A stretch of 64,000 nucleotides of DNA from Camelus ferus (GCF_009834535.1 NC_045696.1:95482001-95546000), one strand, 5' to 3'; counted from the stretch's first letter, positions 1 to 13,370 are shown. A program made the numbers and translations. The notes: a model not told the origin generated them from the letters alone.

Positions 1-102
1 AGCAAGTTCCAAGAGCCGGTAAGTTGACAAGTCTGAAATGAGGCTGGTGTGACTGGAGTGAGTAAATAAGGGAAAGAGTTCATGGGATGAGGCTGGGGAG
101 GA
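1..102 (-). mobile_element. L2 LINE fragment
   Basis: Purine-rich gaggctggtgtgactggagtg...ggatgaggctggggag resembles antisense L2 3' region. Confidence 0.55.
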
Positions 103-2069
103 AGTTTGTATTTTTGCATTTGAATATATAAAATCTTATTTTTCCACTCTTGTTGATATTTCTTTTTTATTTTTTTAAATTTCACACTAACTTGCTTCTT
201 TTTTACTCATCTGTGTAAAGTATTTTGAATCCTTTTTGGAACATGATGGTGTGCTTAAAATTCTTTTCTCTCCTGCCCAACATCTATCAGTGAGATGAGA
301 TTATGAAAGACACTGAATAAACATTTTGTACGACTGGTGTGTGAGTCAGCAGATATAGTCAAATATCATATGAAATTCCACTGAAAGGAGCCAAGAATTC
401 AGTTTGGTCTTAAAATGTCATATAGTTTACATAGTCCTGTGAACATCTAAAATAAAATAAGAGGTATCACATGGCTTCTTTAAATAGTGTTGGCCTGCTT
501 CTTTGACAAATGTAGTTAGCACTATTTCAAGAGCACATGGTGGTTCACGATCCAGTGTGGAATTTTATCCATCGTCAAGGCAGACCAGGGAAAATACTAC
601 CTAGGAGCAATACTTAGCGATTATTTTTGGAAGTTCCACCATGTATAGATATAATTTCCCCCAGTGTCTCCAAATAAATTTAAAAAATTAAACTAAAGCA
701 AAAATGTAATATAAAATAAAGGTTCTGTTAATTGATAAAAGCTTTGGAAGCTCCAAGAAGTTGTGCTCAGATTAAGCATCAATCTATATTTATGGAATAG
801 TTAAGAAAACACAATATTATGTAAGTTTGAAATAATGCAACAAATCTGATAGATTTTGGTATATTCTGTAATGCTTGTAATATCTCTAGATAAGACAATT
901 TACTAAGGACCATAGCATTATATACGTTTGTCACAATCACTTATTCTAACTGATGCTATCTTTTGGGGGGTTATTGAAATCTTACATTTTATTTCAATTT
1001 TTGTTAATAGAATTAATCTGGTCCCACTTGTAAATGAATGATTGATTAAGGGGAGTTTATATTTATGACAGGCTTGCTTTCAAGAGGGATGAATAAATCA
1101 TAATAATTTTGAAACTGAGTAATGCTTAGTCGTCAAAGGACTGGACAAACAAGAATTAATCCCTCAATTAGTCTGTCCTCCAACTAAAATCGTTAACTCC
1201 CATTTTCCAGGGGAGCAAAGTTGAGTCAAGGAGACTTAATATTTTGATGCTGTGTAAACGTTGTCACTTCGCAAAGGAACATTAAGATGCAATTTAGAAG
1301 AATGGAGATTTTAAAGTGCAAATAGATTTACGACTCTTGAGGGTGGAGTGATTTATTATTAATTACTTTTTTCTTATCCTTAAGTATACATCAAAGCATT
1401 ATTCCTGAACTAAAATGTAGTGAATGTTTATATTAGGTCTTCATTTATAATTAAGTTTTGTAGATCTTATTTGGGAATTTTATTACGTAAATATGTATAG
1501 CACATTCAATTTAGCCAAATATTTTTCAATATAATACCACAGACAGCAAACTTAGAACTAGTTATGTGTTAGGACAGAATTCTCTATGGGGAAACGCTTT
1601 CTTAATTTTGCCTACTTGGAGCCTATGTATGACCCACTGGTTCAGGAATTTATATTAAAATATGTATTTCCATGTAATCTGATATTTATACCTAGTGGTT
1701 TCATGGAGGGCTAAGGGTTTTTAAAGACAAAAATGTGGTTTAGGATTACCCTGTACCATATATTTCAGGGAGAACAACATAAAATTTACAATAAAGTCCA
1801 ACATCTATATGGTAGGATCTGATATTAATTTCCAGTTCCTCCACACTGTGGATGAAGGGCTGCCGGTGACAACATAAACTGGTACAGATAATAGTGATCC
1901 TACCAGAGTGGGCCCTGCTATTTTGGCTCCCTCGTATTTTACCTCTGTGGTTTGTGCTGAGATAGCTGCTTCATGCTGCACAACTCTAATTACTATTCAT
2001 AATCCTTACTCTTATTTTGCTATCATTGGGTGTTGCTGAATGATTTTACAGTTGTCACTTGATTTTTTA

Positions 2070-4395
2070 AAAAATGTTTTTATTTGGAAATAATCTCAAA
2101 CTTATTAAAATTGCAGGAATCATCCAAATAACATTTTCCTGAACCATCTGAGAGTGAGAGACCAACACAATGCCCCATCACCCTGGAATATGTTAGTATA
2201 GAACAGACATTCTCCTACACAACAGTAAGACAGCCATCCAGGAAATGATATTGATACATTATTACCATCTAGTCCTCAGATTCCATTCGAGTTTTGCCAG
2301 TAGTCTCAATAAGGTCCTTTTTAAGAAAAGAGTCCAGTCCAGAATCCTGCATGATATTTAGTTGTCATGATCCTTTAAATTCCTTCAGTCTGCAACAGTT
2401 CTTTGGTCTTTCCTTGATTTTCGGAACCATGACATTTCGAAGATTATAGGCTTGTTATTTGGTAGAATGTCCCCCTGGTGGGTTTGTCTCAGGTTTCCTC
2501 ATGATTAAATTCAGTTATGCAACTTGGGCAGGCACATCACAAAAGTGACCCTGCATTCTTCTCCTTTCATCCTGTTAGGTGACACATGGGTTTGATTTGC
2601 TCCATTGCTGGTGATGTTAACTTTGATTACTTGATTTAGGTGTCATCCGCCAGGCTTCTTAATATGAAGTTACTTTCCCCTCCTTTATAGTTAACACATA
2701 TTTTGTGGGGGAGGTGCTTTGAGGCTAGGTAAAGATTCCATTTCTCAACAAAATTTCAATTTATTCATCTATTCATACCAGTATGGATTGATAGATTCTT
2801 GTTTTATTTAGTAGGTTCAATATTCTCATGAGATTGTAATGTTAAAATTGTCCCAAACTTGCTTATTGGGTCCCCTTTGAAGCTACCTTTTTTGTCCTTT
2901 TGATATTTCTCCATTTTCTGATAATTTCCTTCTTTCTGATGCAGCAAGATTTCCCAGGCTCATCTTGTAATTTCTCTGCCCAGTCATAGATGGAATCATT
3001 TGTCCAAGGAATTCTGCTTCCCGTAAGTGGACAATGGTATTTAGAAACCAAGATCAGAGGGCCAAGTATGCTCATTACTTGATTGCTGATTTGAAGTTGG
3101 AGATTGGAGATTGCTGATTGGAAGCTTCTCAGTGGAGAGAGGCAGGGACTATATCCTAACAGATAAAAACACATATTTGTAATAGGTAGGGATATATATA
3201 TTGATATATAGATTTACATTTACGCCCATAAGTAGTTTATCTATCTATCTGGACTATTACTAGTTCACATCAGTATCTCCACTTCAGTGAAAGTCCACGG
3301 AGAGTTTACTCTAGCTTTCTCTCTTTTCCTATTTGCAACTTTTGTGTATGACATTGAGAAACTAGGCTCTCATTATCCTCAATATATTTTATTTGTTCAA
3401 TTATTTTTACGTATCCAGTCTCTGAGTGCCACACTGCTACATCCAACCCACATACCCTCGTCACTGACATCGGGCTCTAACGTGCTGTGCAAAGCCGTCG
3501 CTGTCACTGGCCCTCTTTCCGTGCAGATATGCTGCTCTCTCCATTCAGATTTCAACATCTCTCATCAGCCTGCCACCACCATCCCTGGACAGACGCTCTC
3601 CCCACACAGTTTGGCTTCTGACCCTCTGTGAGTGCCGTCTTCTCAGGATAAACCCTCCCCATCCTCCCTGAGCTTGGACAACCAGCAGTAGGCTGTCCTC
3701 CATTCCCATGGGAACACGCTCCTGACCCTGCTTGGATGCTAACACCACATAACGGGATACTCTCCCCTCACCCGCCATGAGGAAACACTGCTTACTCTTT
3801 CGGGGCTTTGTTACCCTAAGGTGGGCTGCCTTGTCCCTGAAGCTCACCTTTTTGTGGATACCCTCTTGCTACGAACTGAATTGTATCCCCTCAGAATTCA
3901 CATGTTGGAGCTGTCGCCCCCAGTGAGATGGTATTTAGATGGGACCTATGGGAGGTAATTATGGTTAGAGGAGGTCATGAAGTGGGACCCTCAGGATCAG
4001 ATTAGTGACTTTATAAGAAGAGGAAGAACGAGAGAGGGATCATTCTGTCTCTGCCGTATGAGGACACAGTGAGAAGGCAGCCATTTGCAAGCCAGAAAGA
4101 GTGTCTTCACCAGGAACCAGTGGTCTGACACCTTGATCCTGGACTTCTCAGAGTCTCCAACTGTGAAAAATAAATGTCTGTTCTTTAAGCTACCCAGTCT
4201 AGAGTATTTTGTTATAGTAGCTGAAGTAGACTAACACACCTCCTCATCTCAGTCAGGCTCTACTCACCGTCTCCCCTCCTCCTTAATTTTCTTGAGCTCT
4301 GACACCCTCACCCCTATGCCTACCTTGCTCGGTGCTATCTAATGGGTTTCCTACAGAACTGTTCAGGAAGGGAAAGGAATAAAGGGAAAAGGAAA
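2070..4395 (-). mobile_element. Old L1 3' end (L1MC4/L1MC5 group), split by an MLT1A LTR
   Basis: Antisense L1MC motifs (tgccccatcaccctggaata; gtccagaatcctgcatgatatttagttgtcatg; tggtatttagaaaccaagatc; taccttgctcggtgctatctaatgg...gttcaggaaggg) plus GC-rich degenerate repeat; continues on both sides of the LTR. Confidence 0.75.
3867..4238 (+). mobile_element. MaLR solo LTR, MLT1A/MLT1A0-like
   Basis: Starts tgctacgaactgaattgtatcccc, ends gactaacaca, internal aataaa; flanks cctct/cctcc (4/5 TSD). Confidence 0.9.
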
Positions 4396-4784
4396 GTCAC
4401 TTTAATCTGCATAAATCTTCCTGCAATCCCTTTGATGCCTATTTCCCCCGAGGCATCAGAATTATTTTGAATGGATGGGGCTTCTGTGATGATCATGAAA
4501 GGTGGGGATACTTAGGCAAATTCTTTGAACAGGAAGATTTACTCTCTGCTTGGGATCTTGTTAAAACAAATCACACTGCCACAATACTTCCTATACAATG
4601 TTATTAAACATTAACCTAGTGGAAATATCTTGGAGTGCTATCTAATCACATCATACTCCACATTATATATATAGGTTTAAAAAAAATAATTTCAAGAAAG
4701 ATAAAAGTGATGAAAAATCTGTGTATTTCTATGTGCAGAATATATGTACATATTTTTTCTATTTTAATTTGAATGACAATTTGC

Positions 4785-5155
4785 TGTTCCCTTTTCCTGA
4801 AACACTTTTAACCAGATATTTTCACAGCTGGCTCCTTCCCATCATTCATTCACTCAGGGCTATGTTGCCAAATTGTCACCACTTCGGAGAGGTCCTCCTT
4901 GGCTACCCAAGTGCCACCTCTCTTTCTGTCACTTCATTCCCTTTTTCTTCCTAACAGCTATCAAGATTTATAAGTTATGTTATTTAATTATTTATTTCCG
5001 TATTGTTTCTCACCCCCAATAAAACTTAAGCTTTGTGAGAAATGGACTTCATACACCTTACCCACTAAGATGTTTCTAGTACCTTGAATTGTGTCTGATA
5101 CATACTCAATAAACATTTAAAAGTATACTCAATGCATGTTTGTTGAATGACTGAA
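4785..5155 (+). mobile_element. L2 3' end
   Basis: aaattgtcaccacttcggagaggtcctccttggctacc ... ctcaat...tttgttgaatgactgaa terminal motif. Confidence 0.75.
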
Positions 5156-5348
5156 AATGTGTAAAGGCATTGAAGAACCAAAAAACTGTAAAAAGCTGTA
5201 AGTAATATATGTGAAGTAGTAGGCAAAGTATGAATTTCCATAATTTATGTGTATTTCAAGACTTGAGGATGGGTCAAGAAGTTGAGCATACAGTAATTAC
5301 AAATACTATGAGATTGGAATGTACAGATATTAGCTATAAAGTTTATTA

Positions 5349-5546
5349 ATCTGCTAATATCAGGAAAAATAATAGAGAATCATACATATATATATAAATA
5401 TATATTAAACAAATTTTAAAAGTTATCCATGAATTACATATTAATACATCTGTTAATATCAGGAAAAAGTAATAGAGAATCATATCTTTTAATTTATATC
5501 TACAAATATATAAGTTTTAATGTTACTCATGTGTTATATATTAATA
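5349..5546. repeat. Two-copy 99-bp-period tandem duplication
   Basis: atctgYtaatatcaggaaaaa(g)taatagagaatcata at 5349 and 5448; both units end gtta..cat...tta.atattaata. Confidence 0.85.
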
Positions 5547-5709
5547 TTGAATATTGCACTTAATAGTTAATGCATATATAGACAGTAATTACTGCTTGAA
5601 GCTTATCTCAAATATTTTGTTATTTCCAGGTTTTTAAGAATTATGCAATTTTAAGTTGAGTTGGTAAGAACACATGATGAGGAGAGTAAGCCAAGATATA
5701 TTGGGGCAC

Positions 5710-6290
5710 ATATGATAGAAACTTCATTTCAAATAGTTTAAGTGAAAATAGATTTTATCTACTCATGTATCTACAAAATCCAAGGATGGACTTCATGCCT
5801 GGCTTGATCAAGGACCTTAAATGAAGCTATTAGTTCTCTCAATTTCTTTGTCTCCCTCTTTCTTTGTATCTCTTTTTGCTTTACTCTTAATGAATTTATT
5901 AACTGGCAGACTCTTTCTACATATTTTTTTAAAGATTTTATCTCTTGGTAGAAGAAGCAGCAAAGTGCATTGCAAAAGGCATACATGCCGGGATGGGAGG
6001 ATAGCCCAGAGTAGGCATGAGCTTACCTCATTCCCATAACTAGCTTTCTCAGAGCAAAGAAGGAGTGCTTTTAACCTAGGGGTTCTTGCAAAGTCCTTGT
6101 GAGGACTGATTGTTGGGGTTTTGTCACATGACTATCTCTGAATCAATTATTGGAGCCATGAAAACAGTCATTCTTTTGGAAAGTTCCAGGTTATGTTTCA
6201 CTGCTAGAACTGAAGGATGGGTCACCTGCACCTAAACCATATGGACTGAGAATGAGAAGAGAGTAAACCTCAGGAGATGCTTCCAGACAG
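5710..6290 (-). mobile_element. MaLR LTR, MLT1J/K-like
   Basis: tcaaatagtttaagtgaaaa...ctcatgtatctacaaaatcca; gtcacatgactatctctgaatcaatta; cctaaaccatatggactgagaatg. Confidence 0.65.
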
Positions 6291-6585
6291 TAATAAATAT
6301 ATGCGATATCAATAGAACTGAGAATTTCCTGTAAGTTCAGACAAAGATTCTGGACATGTTTGAAATCTTTTGCTGTATTTCTTTTATTTCTTCCCTCGTA
6401 CATCTTAATAGGGAAACATCATAAGTGAGACTACTTTTAGTTCCACTTGAGTCTAATTTTGAGCCCTTGTCCAAAGTATACTAGGTGTGCAATTTGAGCA
6501 AAATAGAGATACTTCTGCTCTGAATGAAGCAGGATAATTTGACAGACTGCAAATTTAAAGATTCTGCTTATTGTTTTCTTGAAAG

Positions 6586-6589
<4 letters not shown>

Positions 6590-6629
<40 letters not shown>
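6590..6629. repeat. (TG)20 microsatellite
   Basis: Direct read. Confidence 0.97.
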
Positions 6630-6630
<1 letters not shown>

Positions 6631-6979
6631 TGTGTTTGTCCATACATATATGTGTGTTGACAAAATAATAAAGTTAATTAATCTATTACACTATTTTCCC
6701 CATCCCACTGTTATAAAGCCCACTGTGTCAATGATGAGTGGCAGGATGAGTTAAGGCCAATTATGTTTTGTATCTTATTTGATAATATCACAAAATGATG
6801 AATGTTTAATGGCTTGTGAAACACTAAAAGAAAAAGAAGTTCAGAATGTTTCTATATTCTTAGGAATGGAGACAGATTTTGTAAGCCTGGGAGGCAGCAG
6901 TCTTTGTGGTCGAGAGCAACTACTGAATATCATACACATCTGGGAAGAAATCCAAGAAATTCTTAATAGTCATGAAACA

Positions 6980-7092
6980 TTTGTCAAGACCTTTACTGCC
7001 TCTAAGTATTATTTCTTTACCTGTAAAATGGATATACAAATAATGTCTAATTCATAGGATTGCTGTGAAGATTAAATGAGTTACTATATGTG
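6980..7092 (+). mobile_element. MIR SINE fragment
   Basis: Core tttctttacctgtaaaatgg...cataggattgctgtgaagattaaatgag. Confidence 0.85.
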
Positions 7093-7319
7093 TATCAATG
7101 AATTTACTATATGACCTTTAAGAAGCCATTTGCCATTTGTGGGACATTTTGAAATTTCCCCTAATTTCTCTCTTTAAATAATTATTTTGAATTAAATCAT
7201 TTACCATAAGAAAATTACTGGAAGACAAGTATTTTACCAATGTTAGGCAATACTCCAAAAGTTATTAACAGGTTAACCTATATTATTTTCAGTTTCCTAT
7301 AAGGTAGCATGGCTATAAG

Positions 7320-7617
7320 CCCAAGCAACACAGAGAGGGCAAGAATATGTGCTCTGCTCAACAGTTCCATCTGGGCTCCCAGCTGACAACCTGTTACCAA
7401 CTGCGTCAATGAGTCATTTTGGGTAACCGGGTAGTACAGACGTAGATGGCTACAGCCTCAGCTGACATCTGCCCATAACCACATATAAGACTGCAAATGA
7501 GAATCAACCAGTTAGACCCAATAAACCCACAGAATCGTAAGAGATTACAATACGTTATTGTTTTAGTCCACTAAGTTGTGGTGTGGTTTGTTATGCAATC
7601 ATTGATAACCAGAAAAG
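7320..7617 (+). mobile_element. MaLR LTR 3' part, MLT1H/G-like
   Basis: cagcctcagctgacatctg; acccacagaatcgtaaga; ccactaagttgtggtgtggtttgttatgcaatcattgataaccagaa. Confidence 0.8.
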
Positions 7618-9528
7618 CAGGATAGGAAGGGTAGAAAAGAAAGAGAACAAACACTGAATCACCTAAGAAAATTACCTAATGGGCATTGGAGGACAGTACA
7701 CTCCAATACACTCTTCTCATTTTACATCACAGCTTCACCTGGAACCAGCCCAAATAGTATCCTAGAGGACAATACAGATATATTCAACTGCCTGCACTAT
7801 CACTTTTATAAATTATTTCAGAAGAATTTTGGCTGCATAATCTACACAAATCTGTCAAGATTTGTAAAGCTAGGTTAAACTGAGAAATGTGGAGCCAGTT
7901 GTTTTTACCTCTTGATTCCCTAAGGGATCTTGGGTGGGCAGTGGAATTGGATGGTACCTCATTTTTCCTTATATACAGGATCCCTTTTCATCTGTGCATT
8001 TGTGTATAATCCATGGACTTGCATTATAAGATTACATAGGGAATCAAAAACATTCATGAATGAACAAATCACATGAAAATTTAGTTTCCCCTCAAACATT
8101 CTTTAACCGCCATCTTGTTTTAACAGTAGAATCTACTTAGCTGTCTCCTGCAACTTTCCTACTCTTTGTGGTTGGGCCTGCCTCTATTCTTCGATGTTTT
8201 CAAGGCCAATATATTGCAAATTTATTGCCAAATGAAACTTCAAGCTTTTCAAAAGATACAGGGTTCCACGGAAACCATGAAAAAGTTAGCAGAGAAATAC
8301 TTAAATCTCATTTGAAGACATTGGCAAATGAGCAGTTAAGAATGGGACAGGAAGAAAAAGTTAACTCAGATGAGGACAGGATAGGAGTTTCAGGGAGAAT
8401 AATTTAAAAACCAATACCTTAAGAGAGATCTTTGCAAAAATTGATTAATTGATTAAGCATATGCAAAAATAATCCTCATTATTATGCTGAACAAATAAAA
8501 TGTTTTGTGCAGAACACAGTATCATGCAATAGTACAAATTTGTCAGTAAATGATACCAAGAAGAAAACAATGTTCTTTGTCTTTTCTAAGAATTGAACCA
8601 TGTTTGCAATTGTAATCTAAATTTAGTTAAATATTAAATTATATTTTATCACATTTTTATAATTTTGGCTTCATTTTTCAAGATAAATTTCTAATCAAAG
8701 TCTTTTCCTCTATTTTTAAAAATGAAATTGTAGTGCCAACTTAATGGTTATTTAAACCTATATTAAACATATTTCTCCCTATATTAAACATATTAAATAT
8801 CCCCAAATGAAGAAATAAACTAATATTTAGCCTCTCAGATTAGTGAGAAATAATTTATTTGATGTTTTGTATTGTCAAGTTAATGGAAGATATTTTCTTA
8901 AGTAACTCAGAGCTTGCAAGCAATGGATAAATGGCCTTTGATATGATAAGCTCAGGTACCAGTTTACATGAAATAGTCAACATTAAGATAAAGGAAAATA
9001 CAGACTTTTCTTGGGGAAGGATGGATTCAAAGAAATTTGTATTTTATTTTAAATATTATAAGAGAATACTAAATACAGCACAGAGTGGAAAATACCACTG
9101 TCTTTCTACCTCTCCTTTCATCCATCCAGGCAACCAGCAGTTACTCCACTATTTTCTGAGGGAAAAACAAACATGAGACTATGAGACAGAGTATGAACTA
9201 CATAAGTGATTTCAAATGATTTAGCCACAGAATTCCCTCCCCTTCCATTCCCTCCCCTCCCCCCACTTTCCTTTCTCCTACATGCTTTCACTGAAAGCTT
9301 GCAAGAAAGACCAATATTTAAAACATATATAAGTGGACAACTAGTTGAAACAAGGGTCCCAGACCTAGAGTCAATTTATCCAGTCTCCACTTAGTCTCTC
9401 ACTGTATCTGTATCTGTGGTTCTTCCATGGAACCCCAAGGAAGAAATGAACTGAAGATCATTTGAAGCCACTGGACTATTTTCAGTGTTCTATTAGTTTA
9501 GAACCCACAGTTCTATCAATCAGATGAT

Positions 9529-10055
9529 TGTAGCCGTACTTTATTGTATCTGTCCATATCAGACTGCTTGCCTTTCTTTTAGAAATTCCTTCCTGTTATG
9601 GGCTGTAATAGTCATCTTTGTGCTACATGGCTCTTCAATGTTTGTTGTTATCAATTGAATGAGAAGAAACAATTAGCCTGAGAAAAGCCAGTCAGGTTTA
9701 CCTCCTTGGAACACATAACATGGAGCAAAGATGCTACTTTGATCTGGACTGGCCAGTTGAGTGGAAATATAAAATGAACTGTGATGTGGAGGGTATTTTT
9801 GACCATGGAAAATTCCAAAAGAGAAAGGGAGAAAGAGAGGAGAATAATATGCAAATACAGAGGCAGATAAGATTTTAGTACTGCTTAATTTCCTATTGAT
9901 TTTTAAGTTCCTGGGTCCATTTCTTCATGAGACTTGCATGCCTAGGGTTCTGTGGCATTTTCTTGCATGTTTCAAACACACACATATAGATATACATTTT
10001 TCTTCTAACTGAAACAAATTTCTTTTACTTAAAACCGAGGAAACTGTGATGGACA
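9529..10055 (+). mobile_element. ERVL-type solo LTR (LTR33-like)
   Basis: TG...CA bounded, resembles LTR33 5' and 3' ends; highly degenerate, no TSD. Confidence 0.45.
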
Positions 10056-10199
10056 TGCAGGGTTAAGCGAAAGAAAAGTGTCCAAAGAAATTGGTCCAAG
10101 CACTTGATATACATTTCAATATGCATAGAGAATCTTTAAAATCTTTCCTTTGGCTTTTCTATTTTTTATATTCTACTTTTAAGGATATTCCTTAATGAA

Positions 10200-10735
10200 T
10201 GAACAGTGAACACAAATATTTTTGCACAGATAATTTCAGATAGCATTACTTATAGCAATAAAAATGGAAATAGTTAAACATTCAACGGTAGAGTAGTAGT
10301 TAATAAAGAGTGAGCAATTGTGTGCCATTTTGAATGTTTTCTAAGAACGTTTACTATAGGCTCACATTTCACAGCATCAGGAAGTATGTCATAGCCTATG
10401 TGAATGTTGTCTTTTAGAACTGTGCAGTGCCCAGCCTATACTTGTGTACACAATACCCTGGTTTAATGACATATTAAACATTAAACCAGGTTTAACATTA
10501 TATTATAGTTAAATTAAAAAGTAGATTCACACAAAACTGTCTTTGGTATAATCCCAAATATGTGATTTACAGATTTCAATGAATATATACAGTGTTCATT
10601 TTGAAAGATTATAGAGATAGATGTTAAATTATAATAAATTATCTCTTGGTGTTAGAATTATGAGTGATTTAAGAAATTCTTTGCAATATTTTCCTTTTTT
10701 CTATAATGAGCACATATTGTTGGAATCAGAAAAAT
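10200..10735 (+). mobile_element. L1ME-type 3' end remnant, interrupted by MER91
   Basis: tagcattacttatagcaataaaaatggaaatagttaaacattc; ttatctcttggtgttagaattatgagtgattt; ctataatgagcacatatt. Confidence 0.6.
10357..10460. mobile_element. MER91-like hAT MITE
   Basis: tgtgaatg...tgtgcagtgcccagcct...ccctg terminus; 8-bp flanks gtttacta/gtttaatg (6/8). Confidence 0.6.
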
Positions 10736-11729
10736 ATATAATTATAATTTTAATGCTCCTATCCATTGGTCTGTTAAAATAAACATCATATACTGAGTTT
10801 ATAAACAATAAAATCTTCTATTATACCCCACATCTAATAAATGTATTCAAATACCACTTTCATGGCAATTCTGTGGCTATGCTTCATATTAACACTCAAT
10901 TACTAATTTTTCTTTTATTATTCAATACTATTTGAAGGATTCTCTTTATTTATGGATTGCCAAACTGTGTACTGTTTTCTAATAAGGATCTGACCTGACT
11001 TGAATATACCAAGAAATAACCTCATGTTTACTACAGTCAATGATTTTGTTGATGTAATGTATAATTTTTATTTCACAAATTCCTAAACTATAGAGAAGAC
11101 AGAATTCTCTAGGGATTTTTTCCAAATCAATAACAGAATTGACTTTCTGAACTATAAATGGCTTTAACCTCTATATGTACTGATTTTCCCATTGCAAGCC
11201 AATGACATGTAAGCCTGCCTAAATGGCCTCTGGGATATGATAAATATTGGTGTAATTTAGACTAATAGAAAATACTGGACTCAACTAGTGCATAAAGAGA
11301 TAAACAAGTCTGTGAAATGCCTTAACACCTTTACAGAAAGGGGTGTACTAAAGGGATCTAGGGACACTTGGTTAACACTGACAATAGAAAAGCCCATTAT
11401 GGGGAAAAACTAACTCAGCTCACACATTGAATAAATGCATGTCTTACTTAGCACAATATAACTTCCCAGTGAGTTTCAAAGAAGGACTACAAGGAACCCT
11501 GTATAAGAGAACCTAAATCACTCCCTCCTGTACTTGCTCTGCATGGTCCCTGATAAGGTCCAGGGTCTAGGGCCAGCCAGTCAGTTAGAACCTAATGCTA
11601 ACAAGCAAGTAGTCACACCTTGGGTTCACATCTAAGCACCATGCCAGTGCCAGAGGCATGCGTTTCTATTTTAATTTGGTCTTTCATCTTGAAGATGAGT
11701 GCTGCTAGACAAAGAAATACTAAGCTTCT

Positions 11730-11960
11730 GTTACTGAGCTAAGGTCCTGTGTGCTCACTCATGGTTTCAGTGCTCTACATGTATTACTTCTAACCCCCAG
11801 AAAATTCTTTACTAAGTAGATTTTCTTATCTCCATTATAGAGAAGAGGAACCTGAGGCACATAGATTGTAAATGACTTGTCCAGGGCCACTCAGTTAGTT
11901 GGGCTGACTTAACATTCAAACTCCAGTTTCTGAAGCACAAATTGTTCTCTTTACACTATA
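11730..11960 (-). mobile_element. MIR SINE
   Basis: ctccattatagagaagaggaacctgaggcacatag...aaatgacttgtccagggccactcag. Confidence 0.85.
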
Positions 11961-12169
11961 AAGAGATGTTTCCTTCCTGTTGCTGAGATTATAAGGGTAA
12001 GACCCTCAGTGTTAATGAAAAACAGTGTCTCATCTAGAAAACAGTTCATAGATGGTCAATAGCTTTATCTCTGTTGATAATTTATTATAGCATGTATTAT
12101 ATAATATTCAATATACTATATAATATTTATTTCCAACAGCTTTAACGATGTATTATTTTTCAAATGTTT

Positions 12170-12659
12170 CATATCAGTTATCTACTTTTGTATAACAAAT
12201 TACTTGAAACAGCTTAAAACAACAAACATTTATAATCTCATAGTTTCTGTGCATCAGAAATCTAAGCACAGCCCAGCCGGCTGCCTCTGCCTCAAGGTCT
12301 CTGATGAGATTGCTGTCAAGCTTTCAGGCTGAGGCTGTGGTTTTATCTGAAGGCTCAACTGGTTTGGGGAGTAGGAAGAAGATTTGCTTCCAGTCTCACT
12401 CATGTGGTCCCTCACCAGGTGGTCCTCATGTCATGTAGCTGGTTCCAGCCAGGGTAAATGATCCAAGAGACAGTAAGAAAAAGCACCAAAGACACAAGAG
12501 GCAACCTTTCTATAACTTAATGTGAGACATGAGATCCCAGGTCTTCTTCTATATTCTATTCATTAAAAATGAATCAGTAAGTCCAGTTCATACTAAAGGG
12601 GAGGAGATTGTATCGAAGATAAGGATCACTGGGGACTACCTCAAAAATTACTTATTGCA
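12170..12659 (-). mobile_element. MaLR LTR, MLT1F-like
   Basis: gcttaaaacaacaaacatttataatctcatagtttctgtgcatcagaaatct...ctcaaggtctctgatgagattgctgtcaag. Confidence 0.8.
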
Positions 12660-12727
12660 TGATTTAACACCATTGCTATGAAAACAGGATGTTGATATAT
12701 ATTTGCAAGTTTTCTTCAACTCCAGAA

Positions 12728-13190
12728 TTATAGTCAGGTCTCTGACTGTCAATGCCAGTTTAATCGAGCTTAAACAAAAATAGGAAATTTATCGCCTCAG
12801 GTAACTCAAAACTCTATGTATGGTTCCAGCTTCTAACTGACTGCACTGACTGAATATGAGCAGGGCTCTCTCTATCTGGCCTTACTTTCCTCTACACGGT
12901 TTTATTTTCTGGCAGGCTTACTCCACATTGTATAAATTAACTCTGGCAATCCCAGGGTAACATAATCTGTAGTGGCCACTATCTCTTTTTAGAGTCCCAA
13001 CAAGTCTTTCACGGGATTTCATGCTCACGTCTGGGTAGAAAGATAGAGTTTACTGAATGGTTAGGATTATGGCATGTGCCATTCCTGATGCCACCCCTAT
13101 GTGAATCATGTGAACAAAGTATTACAGGGAGAGCTAGTTCCCAAAAGGAAAAGGTTACAGGAAGGAGGGTTCATATTATGAAAAGATAGA
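12728..13190 (-). mobile_element. MaLR LTR, MLT1J/K-like
   Basis: gcttaaacaaaaataggaaatttatcgcctcaggtaactcaaaa; ctggcaggcttactccac. Confidence 0.55.
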
Positions 13191-13230
13191 AATAAAAAAT
13201 ATATAAACAAATAGATAAAAGGAATCACAG

Positions 13231-13370
13231 TGTTATGAACTGAATTGTGCCCCCACCCCATTTATATGTTGAAGTCCTAATACTCAAATGGCTGTATGTG
13301 GAGGTAGGGGCTCTATGGAGTTAATTAGCATTAAATGAGGTCATGTAAGTGGGGCCCTAATCCCACAGAA
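13231..13370 (+). mobile_element. MLT1A-like LTR, 5' fragment only
   Basis: tgttatgaactgaattgtgcccc...tatgttgaagtcctaa...aaatgaggtcatg..gtggggccctaatcc, then abrupt end. Confidence 0.85.

Noticed and set aside
280..465. Minus-strand acceptor ttattttattttag|ATG near 447
   Set aside because: All frames close within about 16 codons; no good donor
2863..3847. Three ORFs of 100 aa or more
   Set aside because: Inside an L1MC 3'UTR; no protein similarity recognised
3445..3866. CRISPR-like repeat-spacer array
   Set aside because: Mammalian context, highly degenerate units of irregular period, embedded in an L1MC 3' end, no cas genes
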